This document shows positions 29,168 through 38,868 of a stretch of DNA of 64,000 bases, piece by piece (within the stretch, counting starts at the first letter, position 1; each line of letters begins with the position of its first letter). Source of the DNA: an uncultured Candidatus Saccharibacteria bacterium. Its GTDB lineage: Bacteria > Patescibacteriota > Minisyncoccia > Phycocordibacterales > CAIRYW01. The notes below the pieces were generated by a model. The model did no database searches. It worked only from the letters and a program-made list of their open reading frames with translations, and was not told the DNA's origin. The position numbers were made by a program, and so were the translations under genes. The stretch is from contig CAYLQP010000002.1 in the NCBI GenBank assembly GCA_964386665.1, positions 64,105 through 128,104 on the forward strand, in the 5' to 3' direction.

Positions 29168-29248
29168 AAAGGCTATTTTAGCACAAAACAGAGAAATATA
29201 AAGACAAAAGAAAACCTCTCGCGTAAGCGAGAGGTTTTCTTCAAAAGA

Positions 29249-29347
29249 CTATTTTCGAGCCTTTTTTGCAGCTTTCTTTGCTGGTTTCTTAGCAGCAGCC
29301 TTTTTCTTAGGAGCAGCTTTTTTTGCAGCTTTCTTTTTTGCAGCCAT
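29249..29347 (-). CDS. possible 32-aa Lys/Ala-rich basic micro-protein (histone H1-tail-like KAAKK repeats) upstream of secA
   Basis: Minus-strand ATG at 29347 to TAG at 29249 encodes MAAKKKAAKKAAPKKKAAAKKPAKKAAKKARK*. In-frame low-complexity repeat. No clear SD. Confidence 0.3.
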   Translation of the reverse strand: MAAKKKAAKKAAPKKKAAAKKPAKKAAKKARK

Positions 29348-29607
29348 GTTTTTTATTGCGAAATCTTTTCAAAATGTTTGGTGTGAAAAGATTTCAAAAA
29401 AATTATTTTTTTAAGGTACCTTAAGTAAAAATAATTTCGACCGAAAAAATTTTTCTTAAGTTATGATTAAATTATCTCAATAAAAAAAATAAAAACAAAT
29501 TTTTTTTCAAAAAAATTGTGGATAACTTTTTTTATTTTTATTTTTTTAAAAAAATAAATATAATATTTTTTAAAAAATGTTTTTTATTTTAAAAAATAAA
29601 CATCTCT

Positions 29608-30693
29608 CTAAAGTACAATCACCTCTTCTTCAAGTTCTATTCCTACTTTTTCAAAAAATATTTTTTTTATTTTTTCTACAAATGTTTTTATTTCGTCTGC
29701 AGTTGCATTTCCAAAATTTACGACAACAAGCGATTGATGTTCAAATAACCCTACATCTCCTTCTCGAAAACCACGTAGTCCACATACCTTATCAAGAAGC
29801 CATGCTGCCCCAACCTTTTTGTAGCCTGTAGTCATATCAAACAGAGGCATATCAACATACCGCTCTTTTAACTCATGTGCTTTTTTTTCTTCAATGACAC
29901 AATTCTTAAAAAAAGAACCAGCGGTACCACACACTTCCAAATTAGGAAATTTTTTACCTCTAATTTCTTGTAATGCTTTTCGTATATCAAGGATTGTAAT
30001 ATTTGTTTTTTCTTTGAAATATTCCAGCAAGTCTTTGTATGACGTATGGAGATCGTGTTGTTTTGTAAATCGAAATAAAACCGACATAACAATGAGATGC
30101 TTCCCTTCACTTTGTTTGAACACACTATCTCGATACCCAAATCGCAATGCGCTTGTCTGAAGTGTTAGTGTTTGTTTTGTATCTGAATCATATACGGTAA
30201 CTTCAATGACACTATGTTTGATTTCAACTCCATATGCTCCGATGTTTTGAACAACACCTCCCCCAACTGTACCAGGTATTGAAGTAAGGTTTTCAATACC
30301 TCCGAAGTTATTATTAACGGCATACTCGACAAATGCATCCCATCCCTCACCTGCACCAGCACGCACGTATACATATTGAGTGTCTTCAGATTCTATTTGT
30401 ATTCCTTTTAAGTTGATTTTTGTGACCATTCCATCAAAACCCTTATCACTAAATACAGTATTTGATCCTCCACCTAAAATCCACATTGGTAATTCATTCA
30501 TCTCCACAAAAGAAACCACCTCTTCTAGATCTTCTCGTGAATTCACTTCTGCAAAAAAACGAGCCCTCCCCCCAACCTTCATTGTACTGAAAGCATTAAG
30601 AAAAACCCCTTGTGTTATACAAGAGGCTTTTGGCCGTGTTTGATTTGTGTGTGTTTCCATACCTTGATGGCCAACGGGTGTGAGCTCCAACAA
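29608..30693 (-). CDS. murB: UDP-N-acetylenolpyruvoylglucosamine reductase MurB
   Basis: FAD-binding start LNAFSTMKVGGRARFFAEV (compare B. subtilis LANHTTMKIGGPADVLV), GGGSNTVF, and IPGTVGGGVVQNIGAYGVE. The true start may be the internal Met at about 30660. Confidence 0.85.
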   Translation of the reverse strand: MLELTPVGHQGMETHTNQTRPKASCITQGVFLNAFSTMKVGGRARFFAEVNSREDLEEVVSFVEMNELPMWILGGGSNTVFSDKGFDGMVTKINLKGIQIESEDTQYVYVRAGAGEGWDAFVEYAVNNNFGGIENLTSIPGTVGGGVVQNIGAYGVEIKHSVIEVTVYDSDTKQTLTLQTSALRFGYRDSVFKQSEGKHLIVMSVLFRFTKQHDLHTSYKDLLEYFKEKTNITILDIRKALQEIRGKKFPNLEVCGTAGSFFKNCVIEEKKAHELKERYVDMPLFDMTTGYKKVGAAWLLDKVCGLRGFREGDVGLFEHQSLVVVNFGNATADEIKTFVEKIKKIFFEKVGIELEEEVIVL

Positions 30694-30868
30694 ATACCAC
30701 TTTGTGAGTACAGCCGTCAGCCATCAAGATAAAGAAGGCTTGTTCTATTATATACCAAAAAAGACAAAAACAAACCCCCAGCCGAAGCCAGGGGTTTGTT
30801 GTGGTATTTGTTTTACGGAGCCACAATGAATATTCTGCGACTCACATTGCTATTCTAGCATATATCAA

Positions 30869-33097
30869 TTATTTGTCAATGTTTTTTACATTTAATGCTT
30901 CGAGTGCTTGTTTTATATCTTTATGTTTATTTTTTGCATATGCTTCTTTCAAAACATCAACAACAACATCGAGTCGTTGTTTTGCACTTAAAATCGAAAT
31001 AATATATGGTTTTGGTATAGTTCCCTGTAATGCAAACGCACGCAAAATATCTTGCGCCGTTAAGAAATCATTTTTTTCCAAGAGAACAGCAGTATACATC
31101 ATGGCACCATCTAAATGCTCTGGTGATAGATAATAATTTTCCTTAAGGACAGCAAGTGCTCCTTCAAGATCCCCTTTAACCAAATATGAAATACCTATCT
31201 GAATAAGTATGTGTTGTTTCTGGGGAGATACATTGCGAAGTGTATACAGTATAGCTAACGCATCATCAGGTAAACCAATTTGATTGAGTCCACTTGCAAG
31301 CGTAAGAAGTACCTTTCCATCCTCTGGAAAATCTTTTTGATGAAGTTGTGATTGCTTGAGTGCTTCTCTTGCAAATTCTTGTTTTGTTTCTAAGTCTATA
31401 TTTGGTGCTTTAACAATCTGAGCAGTAATATTTAAAAACTGTTCTCTCGCTTCTCCAAGTCCACTTCCTCCCATTGCAAATGTTTTTTCAAACAAAGCGA
31501 AATTTTCTGAAATATTCTTTTTTGAAATGATTGCATCAATAAGTGTAGTGCTTTGTAAGAAAGGTTTAATTGCCCACATATAACTCATAGTCAAAAACAA
31601 TGCAAGACTGATTCCTATTACCAAACCAGGATGAACTGCTTCTTGTTGTTTTTTTTGAGAAACCGTATGTGAGGGTGTGGTTTGATGAACAGATAATGAA
31701 TGAATATAAGCGAGCAACCCAAAAAACAATATATAACTTGCAAGATTATCAAAGATAAATAAGTTTTGAAATCCATACGCACAAAGCAAACCGACAATAA
31801 TAGCAAATTCAATTTTGTGATCTCGCCAAAATATTTTTTTTGCCAAAATAAGACAATAGACATACAAAGCAAGATACACACCAAGTCCAATAAGTCCTCC
31901 TGCAACTAACCAGTCCAAAAATACATTGTGGGTTCGATCAAACCAAGGTTCATGTCGCCATAAGTCAGTGTCATAGTATTTGAGGAATACATAATTAAAT
32001 CCTTCTTGTCCCCATCCAAATACAGGCTTTTCTTTGAACCCTTCCAGAGCCATAGGCCAGATAATCTGCCTTGCTTGGCCATTTGTATTACTCCAAGAAA
32101 TTTCTGCAAATCGATTCAAGATCGGACTTTCTCTTACAAACGAAGTATTACGTATCGCAATAAAACCAAGGACAACAAATACAATACTTCCGAGTATCAC
32201 GAAACTTGTTTTGCGAATTTTATTATTCTTTTCAAACAATGCAAGCAAAGATACAGTCACAAAAAGACCTCCAATAAATCCAAGTAACGCTCCTCTTGTT
32301 TGAGTCATAAAGAGCATATACACAAACCCGCCGCAGACAACAAGATACAACGCTCGATGAAGCAGTTGTGTGTTTCGTAAAGAAAGTGTGCTTGTAAACC
32401 AATAGATACCTAACGAACAAACAAGTGCAATGCCCGCAATCAAACGTCCTTCCAAGGTTGGAGCTTCGCTTACTGCATAAATAACACTAAAAAACACTGA
32501 ACCAAGTATCAATGCTTTTTGAAGATATCGACTCTTCGTATCATCTTGTTTATATAACAGTGCCAAGATAAATATCAAAAACATCAAAAACCCTGCGAAG
32601 TAAGCAGAGTTCCCCATCAATGAATCAACTCGAACTGCACTTTGGTTAATCACGGTTCCTCCTGTAATCTGAAGGACCGCATACAATGCCATAGTGATTC
32701 CAACTGTGATTGTGCCATACCAAAAGAAAAGCCAATCTTTCTTTTCTTTAAGTACTGAGCCCAGAAGAGTCATATAAAGACCAAGATGCATCAAAAGCAC
32801 AAAGCCTTCCGATCGTTCAAAGTTGCTCCAAAATGCCCGAGTAAAGTTCAATGATAAAAGATTTGAAATGAAAATACTAAGTAAAAATAATCCAACGAGT
32901 ATAAGTAGCGGACTACTTCTTGGGCGAATCGATTTATTTTTGAATGCGTCAATAACATACAAAAGCGCACTTATTTCAACAACAAATCTAAACAGTACAC
33001 TCTTTCCCGAAATAAATGGGAAAAACATATTGTCAAAAACAAAAAGTAAAACAATTGGTATCAAAAAAAGAATATATTTTAGAAGCCGATTTAACAT
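30869..33097 (-). CDS. O-antigen-ligase-like (Wzy_C/WaaL/PglL family) polytopic membrane protein with C-terminal TPR-repeat domain
   Basis: About 12 TM helices with a large periplasmic loop in the O-antigen ligase pattern. C-terminal about 250 aa of TPR-like helical repeats (LVKGDLEGALAVLKENYYLSPEHLDGAMMYTAVLL...). Confidence 0.65.
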   Translation of the reverse strand: MLNRLLKYILFLIPIVLLFVFDNMFFPFISGKSVLFRFVVEISALLYVIDAFKNKSIRPRSSPLLILVGLFLLSIFISNLLSLNFTRAFWSNFERSEGFVLLMHLGLYMTLLGSVLKEKKDWLFFWYGTITVGITMALYAVLQITGGTVINQSAVRVDSLMGNSAYFAGFLMFLIFILALLYKQDDTKSRYLQKALILGSVFFSVIYAVSEAPTLEGRLIAGIALVCSLGIYWFTSTLSLRNTQLLHRALYLVVCGGFVYMLFMTQTRGALLGFIGGLFVTVSLLALFEKNNKIRKTSFVILGSIVFVVLGFIAIRNTSFVRESPILNRFAEISWSNTNGQARQIIWPMALEGFKEKPVFGWGQEGFNYVFLKYYDTDLWRHEPWFDRTHNVFLDWLVAGGLIGLGVYLALYVYCLILAKKIFWRDHKIEFAIIVGLLCAYGFQNLFIFDNLASYILFFGLLAYIHSLSVHQTTPSHTVSQKKQQEAVHPGLVIGISLALFLTMSYMWAIKPFLQSTTLIDAIISKKNISENFALFEKTFAMGGSGLGEAREQFLNITAQIVKAPNIDLETKQEFAREALKQSQLHQKDFPEDGKVLLTLASGLNQIGLPDDALAILYTLRNVSPQKQHILIQIGISYLVKGDLEGALAVLKENYYLSPEHLDGAMMYTAVLLEKNDFLTAQDILRAFALQGTIPKPYIISILSAKQRLDVVVDVLKEAYAKNKHKDIKQALEALNVKNIDK

Positions 33098-33219
33098 ATG
33101 TATTAAAATGATTTATAATGAGATTATAACATAATCTTAAATAACTAAGTAAAGGTAAATTTATGAATCGGCACTATATTACATACAGTAGCAAATTTAA
33201 CTAAAAGAAAACTAATTTT

Positions 33220-34398
33220 ATGAATAAGAAAATATTAATTAATAATGTAGTACCCTTTGGGCTATTTTTTTTTCTTAGCCTTATTATTGGATTATTCTCG
33301 ATTTCACATCTTGGAGCTTTCCCAGTAATTTCTGATTTTCTTGATTACGACACGATAGCCCTTTCTCTCATAAAAAATCATACTTACTTAGCAATCTCTT
33401 CTGATGCGCTCATATATCCTCCAGGATATCCTATTTTTTTGTCTATTCTATATATTACCTTTAAACATTCATATACAGTTATTTATGTCTGCCAATTCAT
33501 TCTTACAGGTATTATTGGCTTTATATACTACAAAATATCTACTGTCTACTTAAAAATGAGAAAAGATGTGAGTCTTATTGTAGGACTGACAGTAGTAGGC
33601 TGGCCTTATATGATACTTTACTCACAGTTACTTAGTAGTGAAATTGTTTTTATATTATTCATTTCACTATTCCTCATCTCTTTCTTAAAGGAAATGAGTG
33701 AGCTAGAAAGAAAAATAAATATCATGCCAGGTTTTTTCTTAGGTCTCGCCACACTCACAAGACCAGTTGCCTTACTTTTACCATTTTGGATTATTATATT
33801 TTTATATATTTCAAATAAATTATCTGTATGGAAATTTACAAAGACACAATTAAGAAAAATACTTGTCACATCAATCATTTTTATTGCAACCATCAGTCCA
33901 TGGATATTATATGTATATATAAAATATGACCGCTTTATTCCTGTTGCATCAAACCTTTCCTTTGTGTTCAATAAAGGAAATAGTTCCTTTGAATATCTGC
34001 AAACTCCAGGAGAACCGAAGGTTATCGAAACCAAAGAAACTCCTGACCAGCTAAAAAACTTTGTGAAGGCAAAAGTACAAAATATATTTTTATTTTGGAA
34101 TCCTGGGGCAAGCGGTTATCATGTCGATGCACTTATACATAAATACCCTAAAATTATTTTCTTTGTGTGGTCTTATAAAATCATTTTTATTATTTTTATT
34201 CTTACTGGATTGTCAGCCTTCTGTTGGTTCAAAACCAATAAGATAGTTGCTATGTTTTTTGCTGTGGTTTTTTACTTTTGGGCAGTCCACGTAGTTTTAT
34301 TCCCATTCCCTAGATATACATTACCTGTTATACCCATAGTCATTACTCTTGCTTTTTTTAGTATAGAGAATATATTTAAGTTAAAGAAAAATGAATAA
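33220..34398 (+). CDS. GT-C fold membrane glycosyltransferase (ArnT/PMT/GtrC-like, polyprenyl-phosphate-sugar dependent)
   Basis: About 11 TM helices. N-terminal region resembles GT-C/PMT_2 topology (first periplasmic loop with YPPGYP). Overlaps the following GT2 gene by 8 nt. Confidence 0.5.
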   Translation: MNKKILINNVVPFGLFFFLSLIIGLFSISHLGAFPVISDFLDYDTIALSLIKNHTYLAISSDALIYPPGYPIFLSILYITFKHSYTVIYVCQFILTGIIGFIYYKISTVYLKMRKDVSLIVGLTVVGWPYMILYSQLLSSEIVFILFISLFLISFLKEMSELERKINIMPGFFLGLATLTRPVALLLPFWIIIFLYISNKLSVWKFTKTQLRKILVTSIIFIATISPWILYVYIKYDRFIPVASNLSFVFNKGNSSFEYLQTPGEPKVIETKETPDQLKNFVKAKVQNIFLFWNPGASGYHVDALIHKYPKIIFFVWSYKIIFIIFILTGLSAFCWFKTNKIVAMFFAVVFYFWAVHVVLFPFPRYTLPVIPIVITLAFFSIENIFKLKKNE

Positions 34399-35338
34399 AA
34401 TACTTATTTCAATTCCAGCAAAAGATGAAGAATTAATGATTGGCTTTGTTATTGAACAAAGCCGTGAAGCAGTCAAACAACACATTGGGGTCGAGCCTAT
34501 CGTCTTGGTAATTAACGATGGTTCGAAAGATAAAACATCACAAATAGCAGAAAGTTTTGGAGCTATTGTAAAAAACCATAAAAAAAGTCATGGGCTTGGA
34601 TCTGTATTTGCAGAAGCGGTTGATTACGCCATTGAACATGATTTTGAAATCATGCTCACAATTGACGGCGACGGCCAATTTGATACGAAAGACATACCTA
34701 ATTTACTTAAGCCGATTTTAAAAGATGAGGCTGACTTCGTTACAGGTTCTCGTTTTCTTGAGCAGTCAAAAGTTTCTGGAATACCAAAAACTAAATACAT
34801 CGGCAATAAACTAATGTCAAGATTGATCAGTTCTATTTTGAAGCAGTCATTTACCGACGTTTCATGTGGATTTAGAGTATATTCAAGAGAGGCACTGCTC
34901 CATCTAAATATTTTTAGCCAATTTACATATACCCATGAAGTTTTTTTAAATCTAGGTGTAAAAAAAATACGCATAGTAGAGATTCCTATATCAGTAAAAT
35001 ACTTTAAAGAAAGAGTGTCTCGAATTGCATCAAGTCTATATAAATATGCAATTCAAACAACAAAAATTATATTCAAATCAGTACTTCTATATAAACCCAT
35101 GAGACTATTTGGCTTTATTTCTTTTATTACCGGTGTAATTGGATCCTCTATACTCGGTTTAGTGACAATTCGTTACGCTCTTACAGACCTCATCACTCCT
35201 TTTAAAGGAATCGCGATTGTAAGTATTATACTCATCATTATTAGTTTTGGATCTTTTTCAACTGGAATTATTTTGGAAATCATGAGTCGTATCCAGTTAA
35301 GTATCGAAAAAAATATATATTATGCAAGAAAAAAATAG
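34391..35338 (+). CDS. GT2 polyprenyl-phosphate sugar synthase (Dpm1/ArnC/GtrB-like) with C-terminal TM helices
   Basis: ISIPAKDEE...INDGSKDKT...TIDGDGQFD, the DxD-containing GT2 core. Two C-terminal TM helices as in GtrB/ArnC. Confidence 0.8.
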   Translation: MNKILISIPAKDEELMIGFVIEQSREAVKQHIGVEPIVLVINDGSKDKTSQIAESFGAIVKNHKKSHGLGSVFAEAVDYAIEHDFEIMLTIDGDGQFDTKDIPNLLKPILKDEADFVTGSRFLEQSKVSGIPKTKYIGNKLMSRLISSILKQSFTDVSCGFRVYSREALLHLNIFSQFTYTHEVFLNLGVKKIRIVEIPISVKYFKERVSRIASSLYKYAIQTTKIIFKSVLLYKPMRLFGFISFITGVIGSSILGLVTIRYALTDLITPFKGIAIVSIILIIISFGSFSTGIILEIMSRIQLSIEKNIYYARKK

Positions 35339-35921
35339 CATTACACAATTTACGGATAAATACGAATTTACTAATCCAATTACAAAAAAACTTCTTGAAA
35401 ATTTCTTCAAACGAATCGTATCTCTGTGTCCTAAAAAAGTAGATAAAGTTCTTGAAGTTGGTTGCGGTGCAGGTTACTCAACAAAAATTCTTTTCGAACA
35501 CCTTGCACCTTCACTTTTTCACGCATCAGACATAGACCCGGAACTCGTATATCTTGCAAAAAAAAGAGTTCCTCTTGCAGAAACTGCGACAGAATCAATT
35601 TACAAACTACCTCATCAAGATAATAGTTTCAATTTAGTATTTACACTTGAAGTCATGGAACACCTAGAACATCCCCTCGATGCACTAAAGGAAATAAAAC
35701 GTGTGACAGATAAATTTGCAATTATAAGTGTACCTCATGAACCTATTTGGCGTATACTTAATATGGCAAGAGGAAAATATATTACACATTTAGGAAACAC
35801 TCCAGGGCATATTAACCACTGGTCAAAAAGAAGCTTTAAAAAATTTCTAGAACAAGAGTTTACTGTAAGAGAAATAAAAACATCTCTTCCTTGGCTTATT
35901 GGATTTGTTGAGAAAAAATGA
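35322..35921 (+). CDS. class I SAM-dependent methyltransferase
   Basis: Motif I VLEVGCGAGYST. About 200 aa, Methyltransf_11-like. Confidence 0.7.
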   Translation: MQEKNSITQFTDKYEFTNPITKKLLENFFKRIVSLCPKKVDKVLEVGCGAGYSTKILFEHLAPSLFHASDIDPELVYLAKKRVPLAETATESIYKLPHQDNSFNLVFTLEVMEHLEHPLDALKEIKRVTDKFAIISVPHEPIWRILNMARGKYITHLGNTPGHINHWSKRSFKKFLEQEFTVREIKTSLPWLIGFVEKK

Positions 35922-37159
35922 GCGCAAAACCAAGGATATTTTTTACCGAGCTCTTACGATACGGAATTGTTGCTTTATTAAGCTATGGACTTCTTTATGC
36001 TGGATCAATTTTCTTTGTTGAAAAAATAAGTTTCTCCCCACAGTTATCCTATTTTATTACACTCTCAATTATTTATATTGGTGTGTATCTTTCTTATACC
36101 TCATTTGTTTTTAAAGGATGCTTTAATATAAAAACCTTAAAACGATTTATTCTTGCGCTCATATATATTTGGATATTAAATAACGCTTTTTTTTATTTAA
36201 CAAACACAATTTTAAATATTCATTACATTATTGCGATTACGTTAAATATTTTTATACTTGGAGGTGTAAGATTTTTGTTACAAAAATACTACGTATTTAA
36301 CGAGAATAATGAAAATAAAAAGGTTGCACTTACTTTCGACTTAGAACTATGGCATGAAGGTGACTGGCTTAAACCTTTTATTAAAGATGAAGTAAATAAG
36401 AAAGATGCACTTATTGAATCAGTTACCCCTTTACTTATGACTTTAAAAAAATATAATCATAAGGCAACTTTTTTTGTTACTGATAAAGTAGTCCGTTTAT
36501 ATCCAAATGTCATAAAGAGCATATTTGAAGAAGGGCATGAAATTGCTTCTCATAGTGTAGGGCACCAGAAGCTTCAGCGCATTTCTCAAGAAACCTTCAA
36601 AAAAGAGATGGGGGTCCATTGTCTTGAAATCAAAAAAATAACGAATAAATCACCCTTAGGGTTTAGAGCCCCTCACTTCTCCCTGAATGAAGAAACTTCC
36701 TGGGCTTTACCGGTGCTCGAAGACCTTGGTTTTGTATATGATTCAAGTATTTTTCCTATCAAAACAACTGAATATGGAGTAAAAGATGCACCAAGAAATG
36801 TCTATAAAATATCAAAAGAAAACATTGCAACACATTCAGAAACAGCAACCCTTATTGAACTTCCTCAATCCACACTAACGACTCCATTAGGAAGGATACC
36901 TGTTGGGGGTGGTATTTATTTTAGATTATTGCCTTTATGGATATTTAGCCTCATGCTTTCAATTGCAATAAAAACCAATTCAACTCCAATGATTTATTTT
37001 CATCCTCATGAACTATATTCTAAAACTCCTCAAATAAAAGGACCCTTTCTTAAAACACTTCTAAAATATTGGGGAGTAAAGAGAAGCTTTAAAAAATTTA
37101 AGGTATTAATGAAAAAATTCCAATTTGACTCAATAGAGAATATTTGGAACTTTAGATAA
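35918..37159 (+). CDS. fusion of GtrA-like 4-TM domain and polysaccharide deacetylase (CE4/NodB) domain
   Basis: N-terminal 4 TM ending GGVRFLLQKYYVFN (GtrA-family C-terminal motif). Then ALTFDLELWHEGDW...ATFFVTDKV...GHEIASHSVGHQ, the NodB-type deacetylase motifs. Confidence 0.7.
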   Translation: MSAKPRIFFTELLRYGIVALLSYGLLYAGSIFFVEKISFSPQLSYFITLSIIYIGVYLSYTSFVFKGCFNIKTLKRFILALIYIWILNNAFFYLTNTILNIHYIIAITLNIFILGGVRFLLQKYYVFNENNENKKVALTFDLELWHEGDWLKPFIKDEVNKKDALIESVTPLLMTLKKYNHKATFFVTDKVVRLYPNVIKSIFEEGHEIASHSVGHQKLQRISQETFKKEMGVHCLEIKKITNKSPLGFRAPHFSLNEETSWALPVLEDLGFVYDSSIFPIKTTEYGVKDAPRNVYKISKENIATHSETATLIELPQSTLTTPLGRIPVGGGIYFRLLPLWIFSLMLSIAIKTNSTPMIYFHPHELYSKTPQIKGPFLKTLLKYWGVKRSFKKFKVLMKKFQFDSIENIWNFR

Positions 37160-38012
37160 GATATTCCCCATACACTTCAGACAGGAGCTTCTCATCTTTT
37201 TTAGTCCCTTTAAGGAGTTCTATATTTTTATCACGCATTATCTCAAGTATTTTTATTGCATTCTTATCTGAAGGAACTTTTTCTTTATATGCCTGCAAAA
37301 AAGCTTCGAAGTCTTTTATAAAACACCCTCCTCCAGCACCTCTTCCATTTTTATGAACAGGTGTAAGGTACACATCACCAAAATCATGATCCGCAGCAAC
37401 TGATTGTTTAATGACCTCCCAATCAGCTTGGGTTGATATCGCTAAATCATAAAAGATGTTTGTAAAAATCGTTCTTGCATACCCAACAACGTTTCTATAA
37501 TATTTTATAATTTCAGCTTCTTCAAAAGAGCAAATTTTTTCATACTTGGCTTTTGCTAAAATTGACATTAGTAAAGTTGCTTTTTCAAGATGAGATTTAC
37601 TTCCCTTCAAAACTCCTACGATATTTCTTTCTGGATGACGAGCATCGAACTCTGCACTTACCACTGAAAGAAATTCGGGATTATAAAGTATAAAAATATG
37701 AGGAAACATATCTTGAAGTATCTTGGTAAAACCAGGGTACAAAGTTGATTTTATAACAGCAATCTTTCCTTCTCCAATCAAAGAAAGAGATTCTTTAACA
37801 CTATGACCATCAAATTTTTGAGAAATTGTAGGAGTGGGCACAGCAACGAACACAACATCACAATCTTTTATTTTTTCTTTGTTATGAACGTATGCTTCAT
37901 CAAGTGAATAGCGCAGTACGTTAAAACTCCGTTCCTCAAAATCATTAGCATAATTCTTTCCTATCCATCCCTGACCAATAAAACCAATTGTGAGTTTTGA
38001 TTGTAAGTTCAT
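37152..38012 (-). CDS. short UDP-glucose/GDP-mannose dehydrogenase-family protein (NAD-binding and central domains only, about 286 aa)
   Basis: IGFIGQGWIG (GxGxxG), VVFVAVPTPT, KSTLYPGFT, NPEFL, and the catalytic-Cys motif GRGAGGGCFIKD. Only about 50 aa follow the Cys, so the usual UDP-binding C-terminal domain appears absent. Confidence 0.6.
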   Translation of the reverse strand: MNLQSKLTIGFIGQGWIGKNYANDFEERSFNVLRYSLDEAYVHNKEKIKDCDVVFVAVPTPTISQKFDGHSVKESLSLIGEGKIAVIKSTLYPGFTKILQDMFPHIFILYNPEFLSVVSAEFDARHPERNIVGVLKGSKSHLEKATLLMSILAKAKYEKICSFEEAEIIKYYRNVVGYARTIFTNIFYDLAISTQADWEVIKQSVAADHDFGDVYLTPVHKNGRGAGGGCFIKDFEAFLQAYKEKVPSDKNAIKILEIMRDKNIELLKGTKKDEKLLSEVYGEYLI

Positions 38013-38021
38013 TATAAAAAA

Positions 38022-38825
38022 CTATTCCGATTTCATTTTTTTAATACGTATATTTGATTCTTGGACAGCCTTAAGTAACACAGGATCAAAACCCTTTGAT
38101 TCAGCTGACTTAATTATTGCACTTAAGTCTTTTGGGTAACATTTTCCACCCCATCCTCTTTTATCTTCAAAAACCATAGTATGATTAGGATTAATACGAG
38201 AATCAAGAAGCCAAAGTTCTCGTAATCTCTTATAATCAACACCAAAACATTTAGCAATCTCATAAAATTCATTACAAAAAGAGACTTTCATAGCAAAAAA
38301 AGTATTTTCCATATATTTTGTTATCTCAGCCTCCTCTGAAGAAGTAATCATATACTTTGTATCTACTGACATCACTTTCATAAATACATTTAAAATTTCA
38401 CTTGCTTCATCACCCCCCACAATAACAAAAGTATGCGTCTCTGCCTTTTCAGGATCAGGATATTTCCAAAAAGGAGTAAAATAAGAACTTTCTCCCATAT
38501 ATTCAGGAGAAAAATTAACTTTTTTGTTATATTTTTCTCTTAAAAATGTTGTTGTTCCTGGTGGAATCGTACTCTTCACTAAAATTAACCTTGTTTCAAG
38601 CCAAGATACAGAATCCTCAACAACTGAGATGTCGCAGCTTCCATCGTCTTTCATATCACTAGGAACACAAATCACTGACAAATCACACTGATTACACTCC
38701 TCTTTTGTGGCTGAGCCTAAAACATTTGGATCAAAAAAGACCGTCTCAAAATGCCGCTCGAGAAGCTTCTCCATCCCCTTTCCTACAACACCAAAACCAA
38801 TAATTGCAATTTTCTTTATTGTCAT
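38022..38825 (-). CDS. second short UDP-sugar dehydrogenase-family paralog (about 267 aa)
   Basis: IAIIGFGVVGKG, VICVPS, STIPPGTT, NFSPEYM, GWGGKCYPKD. Same truncated architecture as its neighbour. Confidence 0.6.
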   Translation of the reverse strand: MTIKKIAIIGFGVVGKGMEKLLERHFETVFFDPNVLGSATKEECNQCDLSVICVPSDMKDDGSCDISVVEDSVSWLETRLILVKSTIPPGTTTFLREKYNKKVNFSPEYMGESSYFTPFWKYPDPEKAETHTFVIVGGDEASEILNVFMKVMSVDTKYMITSSEEAEITKYMENTFFAMKVSFCNEFYEIAKCFGVDYKRLRELWLLDSRINPNHTMVFEDKRGWGGKCYPKDLSAIIKSAESKGFDPVLLKAVQESNIRIKKMKSE

Positions 38826-38868
38826 ATTTCTCTATAAGTTATCACAGAAAGCAAAGTTTGAAAAGCTA

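Noticed and set aside
30660-30870. GC-rich stretch with a 9-bp inverted repeat (cttgatggc ... gccatcaag), considered as a possible ncRNA
   Set aside because: It lies within the true 5' coding region of murB: the FAD-binding start L.N..TMKVGG requires these upstream codons. The hairpin at about 30770-30800 (aaacccccagccgaagccaggggtttg) is better explained as the terminator of the O-antigen-ligase-like gene.
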